A DNA stretch of 64,000 nucleotides from Auanema rhodensis. Taxonomy: Eukaryota; Animalia; Nematoda. The position numbers and the translations under genes were made by a program. Positions 1 through 14,030 of this stretch are shown here, piece by piece. The stretch is taken from assembly GCA_964057225.1 (NCBI GenBank), contig OZ059898.1, positions 6,944,001-7,008,000 on the forward strand, read 5' to 3'. Under the pieces are notes generated by a model. The model did no database searches. It saw nothing but the letters and a program-made list of their open reading frames with translations, and was not told the DNA's origin. The stretch's first letter is position 1; each line of letters begins with the position of its first letter.

Positions 1-22
1 TTATTACAAATCATAATTTCAG

Positions 23-850
23 TCCAAAAGAATTATTGCTGCTGGTGGCTGGGTCGAGTTTAATCGAGTAAATGGAAATTTGGCTCTATCTCGAGCTTTG
101 GGTGATTTTTGGTTTAAGAGAAACGAAGCAAAGTCCGCTGAAGAACAGATTGTTACAGGTTGGTACTTATATTATAATTCTTGTTTATTTTTATTGATTA
201 AGCTTATCCTGAAGTCATCAAGGACGAATTATCTGACGAACATGAGTTTATGGTTCTTGCTTGTGATGGTATTTGGGATGTTATGAGCAACCAAGAAGTC
301 GTGGACTTCATTCGTGAACGTTTAGCTGAAAAGCGAGATCCTCAAACAGTATTTTCTGATTTTCTTTACTTTTCTTATAATTTTTTTTGAAGATCTGCGA
401 GGAACTTCTTACTCGTTGTCTAGCTCCAGATTGCCAAATGGGAGGGCTTGGCTGTGATAACATGACTGTAAGTTTTCTAGCGAATTTGAAGATTCCCAGT
501 TATTTTTTTGTATATCTAAATTGGAAATCTTTAGGTTGTCATTGTTGGCTTCCTTCAAGGTGATTCTGCAAATGCTTTAGCAGCGAAATGTGCAAGGCAA
601 GCTGTAATAACTAACCAGGTAACTAACAAAGTAAGTATTGTGTATGTCTTAGTGATTTAATGAATTGCTGTCCGTTAAGGTGATAGGAGAATTTGATGAA
701 AGTGCAGCGGGATCTTGGAATCTAAATGTAGAATCGGAGAAAGAAGAAGGATTCCATACTCCTCAACCATCGCCAAATCCTGATAAGGAATTGGCCAATA
801 CCGAAGAAAATTCAGACAATGATCAACCTCCTAGTGAATTTAGTACATAA
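23..850 (+). CDS. ppm-2: PP2C-family protein phosphatase, 3' exons only (gene starts upstream of the window)
   Basis: Spliced exons read ...[26 protein letters not shown]...[12 protein letters not shown]...[21 protein letters not shown], followed by an acidic tail. Stop TAA at 848-850. Confidence 0.85.
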
Positions 851-1632
851 GGTTTATTTACTTATAAGAATTGTTAAACGTGTTGCTTGTTACAGGCAAT
901 GCGTATTGGAACGGATAATTCGTTCCGCTACAAAGGGAATAATTAACGTGCAAACTTGGGTATTTTGTATATTTCTGCACAATTCTCATATTAACCATAT
1001 TTAGAGTATTGTTTTTATTTACCAGGAATTTATACATTGATTTAAACTGATTTCTATAGTAATCCTGCAGGTCGATATAATCTTACGCATCTTCTAAACC
1101 TGGCTTTATCCAGTGCTTTGATATCGCTATTCACGACTTATTTCTCTGAATCTGCTGTGATATTATTGCTCATTGCACGTTACATCTACATCAGTTGTCC
1201 CTTGAGATCGTATTACCTGTCGATAAGTTTCATTCATTAAATGTTTTTACCTAAACACTTGTAAGCCTTCTTGTGATTTGTTTGTTTTTTATTCATAAAT
1301 TCCTCCAGGAAATGCCTTATCCTTACGCAACAATGGATGTGTAATGATTATAATGCTTCACGATTATTCTATACAGTTTGTCCTGCTACACTTTCCTGTT
1401 ACTTACACCAAAGTAGGTCTAGGGTCTTCTTTTTTCTGTTCCAATTGTTTTATTTTGAAAGAATTGGCAAGTACCTAAGCTTGTACCAATATCGTTAAGT
1501 GCTGATGTAACTGTTTTGTAAATAGATTGTTGAAAGAATAAAAATTTACTTCATATACTGGAAATTAACATGATCTATCAGTTAGTTAGTTAACATAAAA
1601 CGTGCATAAGTTAGGATACAAAAAACTCCTAT

Positions 1633-4600
1633 CTAGTAAACAAACTTATTACTATAAGTCACCTCGTACCCAGAAAATGGACCAGCAGTAACGGGTGCTT
1701 CCGAGTAGTGAGGATTAGAAAACTGAAACAAATCATACTTACTATACTATAATCACATAACTGAACTTACAGATGTAGATTGGGTGTTAGAACGTGGAGT
1801 TTCGTCAGAAGGGTTTCTATTAGCAGTAGTACTTTCACCATTAGCAGGGACGACATTGTCGTTGAAAAGAGGATTATCAAATTCAACTCTAACACAGTTC
1901 GTGGGCTGAGGAGCACGGGGTGTTCTAAAAACATTCATATGTTAGAATTATTAATATTAATCTCTATACCTTATGCTGTTAATATTAGGTATGTGGTTTC
2001 TAATGTTTTCAACAATTGGAGAAACTTGGAAACTTGGCAATTCAACATTAGACAAATGAGAAGCACCATATTTAGCCAATGATCTAAAAAAGAAAAATTA
2101 CTATAAACATGAAAATTGGTGACAAACTCTATTTTCTCGCGGTGATGGTACAAGAAAAGTGATAGGCAGACAGTTAAGCTGAGTAAAACGAAGAATATCA
2201 CAACTGAGAGCCAAACAGTGGAATCATCATCGGACAAGAGAGCAGCAGTTTCACTTAAATGCTCACAGTGTTCTCCGTCGAATGGTTCTTGACAACTAAA
2301 TTATACAATTTAATTTCAAAGAGCAAAAGAAAAACTCACGAGCAAGTAATTCTGTTAGAAGATATTCCATGTACAGTAGTTTCCTCACAAATACCGCCAT
2401 TGAGACAAGCTTTACCTTGTTCGCACAGTTCTTTCATTACAGCAAAACCAGTGTATGACTAAAAATGATAACTATAAGAAAGTTGGAGAAAGTAAAACTT
2501 GCTTCGTTAGCATTGAAAACGTGAGCTAAAGTAGCATTAGGAGTGCATTGGTTATTATCAGAAATGTATCCTGTAGGACAGACACATCTAGCTTCAAGAT
2601 GATTGTTCTTATTCATAACTCCTACACACATCCAAGGACAATCAATCTTCTTGCAAGGATTATGAGAGCTTGCTGTTTGCTGAAAAGAATAGTTTAACTG
2701 CTTAAAACAAAGACGAAATACCTGATACATGCTGTGATTAAGAGCAATACCATAAGGTAAGCTGTGGAATGAATGCATAACTTTAGCAGATGTGTGGTGA
2801 TAAGTGAGTTCAGCAACTTTCAAGGCCTGGGTTCCCCATTCTGACCAGTAGAGGAATCCGTTGAAAACTAGAAGCTCAGATGGATGAATAACACCATTTG
2901 AAAGAACAATATGTCTAAATTTTAACTATAAAGATACAGAGGTGATATTACCAGTTACCTTTCTAAAGTAGCAACATTAATCTTTTCGATCATCTCCTTT
3001 TGTACATCAGCGAAGTAGAGCTCTCCTCTAATGATATCAATGGTCAAACCAGATGGTAACTCAAGCTTATTATCAATTAGAGTACGAGCTTCAGAACCAT
3101 CCATATTAGCAACACAGATTTTGTAACGTCCGCCATATGAATCAATCCAGAATATAAGCCCTCTTTGGGGATACACCGCAAGACCCATATAACTTTGTTT
3201 CTTAGTAGGATCACTACGATCCGCTGGCAATCCACTTATGATTTGCTTACAGTAAAAACCATCAGGTGTACAAATAGAGATTCCTGGAGTAGGAGAAGGA
3301 TCTAAACAATTGTTAAAATTTGGAAATTGACGACAAAATGTACATTTTTGAGTGAAGAAAATATTTCCAGAGTAGGAATCTACAGCAATTTTGCCAATAC
3401 CGATGATATTTTCTCTGATAATTTTAAGACGTCCATTCACAGAAACAGCCTTAAAAGAAAAAGGAAAGATGAGAATGACCAGGACGACTTACCAAATCAC
3501 CTTCACGAGCAGTACCAGCAATAGTAGTGAAAAGCTCTCCAGTTGAAGCCAAATAGGCGATAGAGCGTGATGTTCCATGAGATCCGATTTGTTGTTGAAC
3601 GGCATATTCTTCGGTGAAGTCGATATTCAGTGGATCATACATTGGCATTCTTCTAATTTCATTTCCGAGAGCAATGAATATTCTGCCTTCATGATGACTA
3701 TCAAGACGACAACTGAATAAATCTCTTCCTAGTGTATATCCAGCAGCACATTTACAATGAAACCTATAAAGTATATAGGTCATGTATTAACTCTTAAACA
3801 GTATTACTTGTTATTAGAATTTTCACAGTAATGTTGGCAATGTCTTCCTTCTTCCAAGCATTCATCAATATCAACACAGGAGGTTCCATCATCAGCCAAT
3901 AAAGTACCGGCAGGACAATAACAACGAGCTCCTATTATTTTTAAATTTCACAAAATAAAAAATATAAATATTCATACCAGTAGCAGAAGTACGACATTTG
4001 TATTCACAACCTAAATCGCGGCATTCGTCACAGGTTTCTCCTTCGTCATCTCCTTCTGGACAATCTCTGGCACCATCGCAAGTACGGTTGTAAGGAATAC
4101 AGAGATCATTTTCTATACAAAAACAAATTATTATATTGAACATTATTAAATGTTATTTACCTCCACCACATTTATATTGATCATGACACAAGATGCGATT
4201 AGTAATGGACTCTTCAATATTACAGTTTTCCTAAAAATTGCTTTTATAAACTTTTATTGACAATAATTTACCTCATCACTCCCATCTTCACAATCTTTAG
4301 CACCATCACAAAGCCAATTGTATGGAACGCATGATAAACCATCATGACAGCTCATTGTATTACTAGCACAAAGAATTCTTTGAGTGCTCATAGTACAGTT
4401 AACTTCATCATCTCCATATGGGCAATCCTACAAAAATATTTAAATTATATTATATATTATCTTAATTATACCTTATCACCGTCACATATAGCCCCTGGAG
4501 CAATGCATGGTCCATTTCCTCTGCAACGATATCTTGGTGCCTTGCATTCATTGAATAATTTGCCGTTTGGAGCAAATCCAAAAGTAGTTTGATGAGAATG

Positions 4601-5085
4601 GCTTAGCTCAATATCAGCTTCATGACTGAAAAAAACAAAAACATAATTCAAATGAACAAGCTTATTACCTAGACAAATCTTCAGGACAATACATCTCATC
4701 AGATCCATCGGTACAGTCAATACTTCCATCACATTTGAATACAGCATCGACACATTCTCCACTCATACAGACCATCATTCCTACACCACATTCATGCTTT
4801 CTCTTGCTACATTTCATTTCATCCTAAATCAATTATAAAGAAACATCTTAGTAGCTTTAACTTACAATGCCATTTTCACAATCTGGAACATTATCACAAA
4901 TCCAATGAGCTGGTATACATCTAGTTGCACCGATTTGACAATTGAACTCAGTGGTACTATTACAAGTTGGTGCAGCAGATAAACTTGGAATCTATCATAT
5001 TGGATTTAAGTATAATATTTTTTGAAATATTACTTACTAGAACAGCTATTAAAGCGACCAATAAAGTGGCGGTGGCCGTCCGCAT
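1633..5085 (-). CDS. rme-2: LDL-receptor family yolk (vitellogenin) receptor, RME-2-like
   Basis: Signal peptide [16 protein letters not shown]; five LDL-A repeats (CDG.xDC.DGSDE); EGF repeats; YWTD-type propeller (FWID, YFAD, YWSE); TM segment [23 protein letters not shown]; tail with FDNPLF and FSNPHY. Stop at 1633-1635. Confidence 0.85.
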
Positions 5086-6438
5086 GGTGAAAGTTAATAC
5101 TGGTTAGAACGTTAATTGAACTAGTGATTAGTCTGAGATTATTATCTTTTAAATACAAAATAGATCAAAATAATAACCCGCGATTTGTATGAATTTGACT
5201 CAAAGTACATATTTCCTAAATATTAACCTAATTTATTTGTTAAGAATGTATGCAATCAATATTTATTGCCATACTACAAAGCATGTTATTGCTGCTCAAA
5301 ATATTTCTCTAATTTAATTTGTTTTGTATTCTAATTATGTTATAAATTTCAATTAAATGTGTAATTTTTCGTGTTATCTTGTATTCGTCATATTTCTTCT
5401 TTTCAAAAATCTTCTTTGCTGACACGAAGAACCACATGCAACAAGCAAGGCAGAGGGAAAAGAGTGCCAGAACACACAGATTTCGAGTGCATAAGTAAAG
5501 AAGAGCCGCCCCCGTACATTGGCGGAACACAGAAATAAGTTGTATTCACATACGAATAAGGAGGAAGATATACAGTTATTGCTGTGTAACTCTTGATGTG
5601 AAGCTAGTTTAAATAGTCTTGTTGTTTCCACCTCTGCCATCAATGGATATGTAAATGAATTCTTGTACGGTTCACCATTTTCAAAGTTTTCACCCAATGA
5701 GATAAGTGGCATGCTTATTCCACTTGTGAAGCAAGATTACAATTGTCCTTTCTCTAGTTGTCCTTTGCTATTGGCTATGAATTGTTATAGACGTATCTCA
5801 TATGTTTATAACTGTCATCAGCACTTAGCAAGCTTAACTACTTTCAGTTGAGACAATACACGAAGAGAATAGCTAAAGCAAATGGCATCTTCGTGCAGGA
5901 AGTATTTATATAAAATATGTTCATGGCAGCGACATGAGATCAGCAAATAGGATTGACACTGAAAAATACTGTGGGGGATAGAGATTGAAGACAAGCCCGT
6001 AAAGAATAGGACATCTGACAGGAGATTCTCTGCGATAGGTAGACGGCTTTCCTAGTGTGTGTGCTCTAAGAAACATGTAGCTAGAGCAGAAACTAGATAT
6101 AATACCCTAGAGAGAGAGACACAAGAATGAAATAGTCGAATCTTTGGAGCTACATACTATGCCTAGGCCTCGCGACTGTATTCACTTATCTTAGTACGTA
6201 TAGTATACGATTCTCTAGATCTTAAAGAGAAACAGAGAAAAAGGGAAATTCAGAAGAGGGTAGAAGAGATAAAGAAGATTTCATCCCCCCTCCAGTTTGA
6301 CATACGCGCATACACACGACGTTTATATTGAATTCGTTGAGATTCATCTGACCACTTTCTGTACAGGAGTTGAGACTGTATTCCACGATAGGAAAGTGGA
6401 ATTCATAACACATTCTGTGCTTAAGCTGATTGAGCAAC

Positions 6439-9400
6439 ATGGTCACACTTGATGATATGCTTGATCCTGGATGGCCATTTCTCAGACAATCGCCTGATGA
6501 AGCTTTGAAGGTATGAATTCCTATATTCTTTATTCTATTCATTCAAGACATTAATACAATTTTAGGAAATCAAATATATAAAATTTTTATTTTTACTAAT
6601 TTATATTAAAATATTGTTTATCATTAATTGAATGTCTTATATAAACTTTAAAATTAATTTTCAAACTTTATATTATATATTATATTAAAAAAAAATAATA
6701 TTACTTAACATAGTTAACATTTTGTGTCAATATTTTGTAGATTATTGGTCTTTGACACATTGGAAAATTGCCAAATGTTTAACTAATCTTCACTTCTCGA
6801 AACATTCCAAACTTTTTTTCTTTCATTTACTTCTTACTTTTGTAAATATATATATATACATATATATGATTATAAAAAGAAATTAATATGTAAAATTAAC
6901 GTTTTAAAGGAACAAGCAGCTCGTAAATATGATAACAAATCTCATACATGGGTACCTGATCCTACAGAAGGTTTTGTGGTTGCATCCATATCTGTACAAG
7001 AAGGTACCAACCTAACATTAACAATGCCTGATGGTTCACAGGTAATTTATTAGTTTTAATTAATACATATTATAATATATTTTTAAGAAAAAAGTACAAA
7101 AAGATGATTGTCAAGAGATTAACCCAGCTAAATTTGAAAAAACAGAGGATATGTCTAACTTAACTTTTTTGAATGAAGCTTCAGTCTTACATAATCTACG
7201 TCAACGCTACTATTCTATGATGATTTATGTAAATAATATTTATTTATTTATTATTAATATTCAAATATTAATTTATATTTAGACATATTCTGGACTTTTT
7301 TGTGTATTTATCAATCCTTATAAGATGTTGCCTATCTATACGGATTCTGTTGCTAACATGTATGTAGGAAAACGTAGATCGGAGATGCCACCACATTTGT
7401 TTGCTGTATCGGATGAAGCATATAGAAACATGATTCATGGTAACAGTTTATGTTACAAGATTGACAATATCTATTTGAGTTATTTAAGATCAGGAGAATC
7501 AATCTATGCTTATTACTGGTGAATCAGGTGCTGGAAAAACAGAGAACACGAAAAAAGTTATTGCTTATTTCGCTCGCATTGGAGGATCTAATAAAGCTGT
7601 TAATGCTGATGGGAAGAAATCTGTACGATTCAAAGATCTTGGAGTATGCACATTCACCTCTTTTCCCTTATTTCAGATACCTTTCTTAAGTTTTTAAACA
7701 TTTTATTGAACCAAGAAACATGTTCTACATTTACCAGTTTATTCAATCCTTTCACCACATTTCTCTCGAACTCTTATTTACTTCTCACAAGGTTTACAAC
7801 TCCTTTGCTCTATAATCTTCTTCACATAGATCATTGGAAATATTTGTTTCTTTCAATAATATCCAATTAGATATTGAGTCGAGAAAGCTTCATATGGTAT
7901 TATACGATTTATTCTCATCATTGCATTCTCAATCTCTCAGTCGTGCTCAAGCCAAGCTCGAATGCTGACGAACCAGCGCTAATGGTGATATGAATTGAGA
8001 AGAAAGGCAGATTTACGAAGTCATGCGCTACATCTTCGAAGATTTTTGACATCCCTCCCTCCTGTTAGAGAGAGAGAGAAAGAGAGAGCAAATAGATAAC
8101 GAAAGTCAACATTCACTGACATTCCTGTTCGTGTGCGCCATAGGGAGCGCATGCTACTACAGAAAAAGCCGTCCTCTCGTTGTCTCTTATAGCTCTGTCA
8201 CATTTTATCTGTTTTGTCTTTTCTTGTTCGAGCGAATAGAGCACTGAAGAAGGGATTTAGGATATTTGTTTGTCTGTAAATGGCTGAAAATCGAAGGATA
8301 TAGTTAAAATAAGAAAAGAAAAAGAAGAAAGAGAGAGATAGAGAGATACATGTATACATAACATTCTCATTAAAAAGCATGATAAAATAAAAACAAATAA
8401 ACAATAATATTTTTACCATATTACAATATTTATAAACAACATATTAAATATATAATTTATATAATTATTATTATTTAGGAAAGTTCTCTTGAAGATCAAA
8501 TAGTTCAAGCAAATCCAGCTATTGAAGCATTTGGTAATGGTGCTACAACAAGGTCTACATACATATTATATTAATTTCATATAATATATTAAATATTTTT
8601 AGAAATTATAATTCTTCACGATATGGAAAATTTATTCGGATTCATTTTGATAAAAAAGGAAAATTAGTTGGAGGAGATATTGAGCATTGTATAAAAATAT
8701 TTCTAATAATATTCTTTCACCACTTCTTTTAAGATTTATTGGAAAAATCTCGTGTTATTAAACAAGCTCCAGGAGAACGCTCATATCATATCTTTTATCA
8801 AATTATGACACAAAAAAAATTAAGAGGTTTTTTTTTAAAAATTAAATTAATATTTAAAATATATTTAGAACGGTATCAACTAGTTGAGGATATTCGTAAA
8901 TATGATTCAATTTCTCAAGCTGAAATTACTGTTCCTGGTATGGATGATAAGGAAGAATTCAGAATCACTGATGTATTATTGTGTTTTGAGATAGAAATAA
9001 TAATAGTTGAAACATTCAGAATGCTTTTGATGTTATGGGCTTCTCGGATCGCGAGAAGGATGATTTATATAAGGCTTGTGCAGCTATTTTGCATTTAATG
9101 TGCTTCAAGTTTAAACAAAAGCCCAGAGAAGAACAAGCAGAAGTTGGTGATATGGAAGGTTTGAAAACTTATTGTTTAAAGAAATTAAAGAAACAAACAA
9201 ATTTGAAGCGCCTACACGCTCATGTCGTTTGTTTGGCATTGATCCAGATGCTTTTATCACGGCACTTACAAGACCTCGTATTAAAGTTGGCTCAGAATGG
9301 GTAAACAAAGGTCAAAACTTGCAACAGGTAATATGAAAATTATAAAAACATAAGAAAGATTTTGAATACAGGTTGATTGGGCTGTTGGAGCTTTATCAAA

Positions 9401-12400
9401 AGCCATTTATGCAAGAATGTTCACTTGGTTAATCAAGCGAGTCAATCGGACGTTACAAGCAAACCTGGAAGACTCAGAACATTACATCGGTGTGTTGGAT
9501 ATTGCCGGTTTTGAAATTTTTGATGTAAATTCTTCAAATTCTTTAGTTGGAAGTAAAAAAAACTTTGGTTTTCAGAGAAATTCATTTGAACAACTCTGGA
9601 TCAACTTCGTCAATGAAAAGCTACAACAGTTTTTCAATCATCATATGTTTGTTTTGGAACAAGAAGAATATGAACGTGAAAACATTGAATGGACTTTTAT
9701 AGATTTTGGTCTTGATTTACAATCTTGTATTGAATTAATAGAAAAAGTAATTATAACTATATAATTATAATTTTATATAATTATTTAAGCCACTTGGAAT
9801 AGTATCAATGCTTGATGAAGAATGTATTGTACCTAAAGCTTCTGATCTAACATATGTTGATAAACTTTTGAATCAACATTTAGGAAAACATCCAAACTTT
9901 CAAAAGGTATTTTGATTATTAATATTTATAAAATTATTATAAAAATTTAATTTTAGCCTAAGCCACCTAAAGGAACTCAGGCAGAAGCTCATTTCGCCAT
10001 TGTTCACTATGCTGGAACTGTTCGATATAATGCTGATCAATGGCTGGACAAGAATAAGGTTTAAATGGTTTTTAAAGACTTGATTTCATGAAATAGGATT
10101 TAGGATCCAATGAATGATTCTGCTGTAGCTGTCTTGAAAACAAGTGACAAAAATGGTTTGATATTCAAGATATGGGAAGATTATTTAACTGATGTTGACA
10201 GAGAAGAAATAGCTGGAAGAGGTAACTATAACTGAAATTAAGAATTTTATAATAAACTTTGCGAATAATGTAGGAAAATCTGCTCAAGTTGTTAAGAAAA
10301 AAGGTAAATCTGCATCATTCTTAACGGTTTCTACAATGTATCGTGAATCTCTTTCAAGTCTTATGAATATGCTTCATTCAACTCATCCACACTTTATAAG
10401 GTTTTTCATGATTTTTTGTTTTTCTGAAGAAAATATACAAAATCTTTAGATGCATCATTCCTAATGAGAAAAAGAAGAGTGGCCTCGTAGATGCTCCACT
10501 CGTTCTCAATCAGGTACTTCAAATAATATCGTTAATCTTCATTTATTTACATTTTTCTTTTCATAACTATTATCTAAAATAATTTTATTTAGCTTACTTG
10601 TAATGGTGTGTTGGAAGGTATACGAATTTGTCGAAAAGGATTCCCTAATCGACTTATGTATGCTGAATTCCGTTATCGTTATGCTATTCTGGCTGCAGAT
10701 CAAGCAGCTATATCTGATCCTGCTGAGGTTTAAAGAGATGTGATAGAATGTGTTTTAACAAGTTAAAATACTAGGCGTCGAAAAAAATGTTGGAAAGAAT
10801 GAGAACAGAAAATAAGATCAACGTAGATTCATTCAAAACTGGTAATACTAAGGTATTTTTAATTATTTAATCATACTCATTATCAAGTTCAAATATTTTT
10901 TAAGGTCTTCTTCCGTGCTGGTATGCTAGCTAAGATGGAAGAACTGAGAGATGAAGCTTTGAGCAAGTTCATTGTTAAGTTCCAAAGCGCTGTTCGATTC
11001 TATTTGGCTCAAGTTCGTTTTTTTTTTCTTCATAAAACATATTCTAATAACTATACTACTACAAAATAATCTCTTTTGTTAAACTTATCTTGTCAAGCTC
11101 ATATTTTTTTAAGTTTCCCGAGATTCTCGTTGATTTTCTGTCTTTCTGTTTGCATGCCCCTGCTTCCCTCTTCAGCTGCGCTTAACCGTCTTCTCTTCTC
11201 GCATTTTGTCATATATCGATCATTTATCTCAAATAATAACATTTTTAGCTTGACCCTGTATAAGCTTAAATCTTTGTATATGTCCTTTTCTAACTTATTT
11301 TCCATATTTTCTTAATTACTCAGCTAATTTAATTATTTCAGTGCGGCTATAAGAGACGTTTAGATCAAGAAGATTCATACTCTATTATTCAAGAAAACGT
11401 AAGACAGTGGACAAGATTACGGTCAGTTTAAATATTCTTCTTCAATTATTCTTTTTACTTTTTATTTATTTATTTATTGTTTTTTTTTGTAGTGCTTGGC
11501 ATTGGTATCGTCTCTATAGTCGGCTGAAGCCTATGCTCAAAGGAATGCGGTCGAACGCAGAAGTTGAAGCTCTAGAGCGGAAGGTGAAGGTAAAACACAG
11601 TTCATTATGCTACATGTCGTCTTCATTTTAATTTGTTTAGGACTTGGAAGAAGCAAACCAAAAGGAAGAAGAACTGAAAAAGAAGTTTTCCGACGAACTT
11701 CGCGTTAAGATTGAAGAATATGAGGAACTTAAAGCATCTCTGGAACGTGAACGTATGCTCATGACACGCAGAAATTGTGAGATAGAAGTATGTTTCTATT
11801 ATAATATTATGATATATAATATAATTTTTATTTAGGAATTAAACAAAGCTGTTAAAGAAGAAGGAGAAAAAGCAGAAGACAATGCTCGTAAAGCAAAAGA
11901 AATGGAACGAGATTATGCAAGGGAACGAAAAGAAGCTGAAGAAAGGGTATGATTGTTTGGTGGAAATTGATATATTACCAAACTTTTCTTTATGCCATGT
12001 TTAAATCATTGATCGGAGATTGGTTTTTTTTATCTTCAATTCTTTCATCTATTTGTTGTGCCACTTTCAGCGGGGATGGGAATGATTAAACAGAGAATGT
12101 GAGAAAGATATTAATGTGGGGGTGTATTATAATGGATGCTTCATACACAATATTCAACTTTTTATCCTTTAATTTACCTAAAATTTGAAAGATTTATAGT
12201 CTATAATCTTCAGGAACGTCGTTTGCTCATGGAAAAAGAAGCAGATGAATCTAAGACCAGAGTCATTGTAGAGAAGCTAAACTCCGATTTGAAAGCATTA
12301 CAGAATGATCATGAGCGCATGATTTTTGCTCGAAAAAATCAAGTATTTCAATAAAATTAAGAAAAATAAATGAAAACAAATTGTTGTAGGAGCATGCTAA

Positions 12401-13413
12401 TGCTGAATTAATGGATCGTTTTGATATTTTACAAGATAAGTTTATCAGGTAAGATAATTCAAAAAAGCTTGATGAAGATGATGACACTCATATTCTTTCA
12501 AGAGCTGATGAACAAAGAAATAAGATGCGTGATGATTTTGAATCCATGGAAGAGAAATATTTGACTGAGAGTAGGCAGAAAGATGAATTATCCAAAGGTT
12601 TCAATTTATAATTTTTGATTATTTAAATATAATTTTAGCAAATAAAAGACTTGAAAACCAATTGCGTATGCTCAGAACGCAATTAGAAACATCTGAAAGA
12701 GATAAGCATTGCTTTGATTTGGATAATAAGAAGTAATTTTGACTTTTTCTTTTGTTTTTTCAAAATATTTTTTAAAATTTAGAAGAGATGAAGTTATCCT
12801 GGAATTAAAGTCTAAATCAACACAAGATGCTAATCTTGTTGCTAAACTTCAAATGAATATTCGTCGTTTGATTCAACGTATTGAAGAATTGGAAGAAGAA
12901 CTGGATGAAGAGCGTAAATTACGTGTTAAGGTATCATTGATTTTGTATTTTTTCTTGAAATTTCGTACTGTTCTTTGTAGAATGAAAGACGTAAACAAGA
13001 ACTTGAGACAGATTTGGATAGTATTTCTCGTCAGATGGAGGAAACACATGGAGAATTGTCTGCTCAGCAACATTTGAACAAAATCAGATCTGAAGAGGTC
13101 TGTGTTATACATAGAAGGAATAGTATATTGTAGATATTTGATTTCAGCTGTCAAATCTTCAGCGAGAGCTCCAAAAGAGAAATATGAATGCAGAATCATA
13201 TATTGCAGATTTATGTTCCATGCAATATGTGACTGTTAATAATCTCAGAAATCTAAGCCAACAGGTATATAGCTAATGAAATACTTCTAATACTTCTTCT
13301 TATGCTTTCAGGCAGCTTCTCTTGAATCTGAAGCTAATCGAGTGCTGGACGCTCGAAAATCAATGTCAAATGGCTTCAATCTTCCCCAAGTGTATATTCA
13401 GGATGAAGAATAG
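6439..13413 (+). CDS. Myosin II-type heavy chain with a short coiled-coil tail (possibly related to C. elegans F45G2.2/myo-6)
   Basis: N-terminus [17 protein letters not shown]; P-loop GESGAGKT; switch II DIAGFE; [20 protein letters not shown]; IQ region; short heptad tail ending ...PQVYIQDEE* (TAG 13411-13413). Confidence 0.9.
8066..8089 (+). repeat. GA-rich microsatellite in the long myosin intron
   Basis: AGAGAGAGAGAGAAAGAGAGAG. Similar short GA runs occur near 6109 and 8331. Confidence 0.6.
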
Positions 13414-14030
13414 TTGTGAATCTAGAAATGTTGTTAAATCCATATAATATCTTGAAGAAATGTTTATAATTCTCATTATAACTCCCAGTTATCATCAAAT
13501 CCCATGTCATTTTTATATGAAATGAGCAATATTGTACTGTTCAACTAAACTGTTTTGATTTTAAAATAGTTTTATCGTAATTTTGAGCTTTGATTTAACT
13601 AAATTATGTTTATTTCAAATTCAACCTGCTGCTCAGTAGTAAGGAAGTACATACATATGTTCAGATAGTCTTTTTCATTTGTACTTTTACTTTCATATTT
13701 CATTAATTTCAATATAATACATAAGACACCTCCTTTCTCAACTCTTTTGTCATGTAAAAAAAAAACTTTTTTTTTACAATTAGTCTCTAATCTTCTATTT
13801 TTTCTTTAAAATAGAAAAAAGAAGATGAAAAACCCAAACAAAAATCTTTATAATAATTCATTTCTGAATTATTATGAAGATATTTAAACATTTTTCATAT
13901 AAAAACTTTATTGCACTTATGACGGAATAAAATAAAATAAAATACAATATATCTATACAAATACAAACAAATATATATATATTATTTTAAATATACACAT
14001 ATATAGTTCTACATCACATAGTTGAGATCT

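Noticed and set aside
5309-5851. Several 60-110 aa ORFs between rme-2 and the myosin
   Set aside because: They overlap on both strands with no recognisable motifs or consistent splice pattern; more likely divergent promoter or enhancer DNA.
6222-6542. 106-aa minus-strand ORF
   Set aside because: It is the antisense shadow of myosin exon 1 and its 5' region.
9956-9966. GCCTAAGCC, similar to a telomere repeat or telomerase template
   Set aside because: It is the acceptor G plus codons for PKP in a myosin exon; there is no TTAGGC array or structured intronic context.
13638-13662. GTAAGGAAGTAC resembling the mir-1 passenger arm
   Set aside because: No mature TGGAATGTAAAGAAGT arm or precursor hairpin is nearby.
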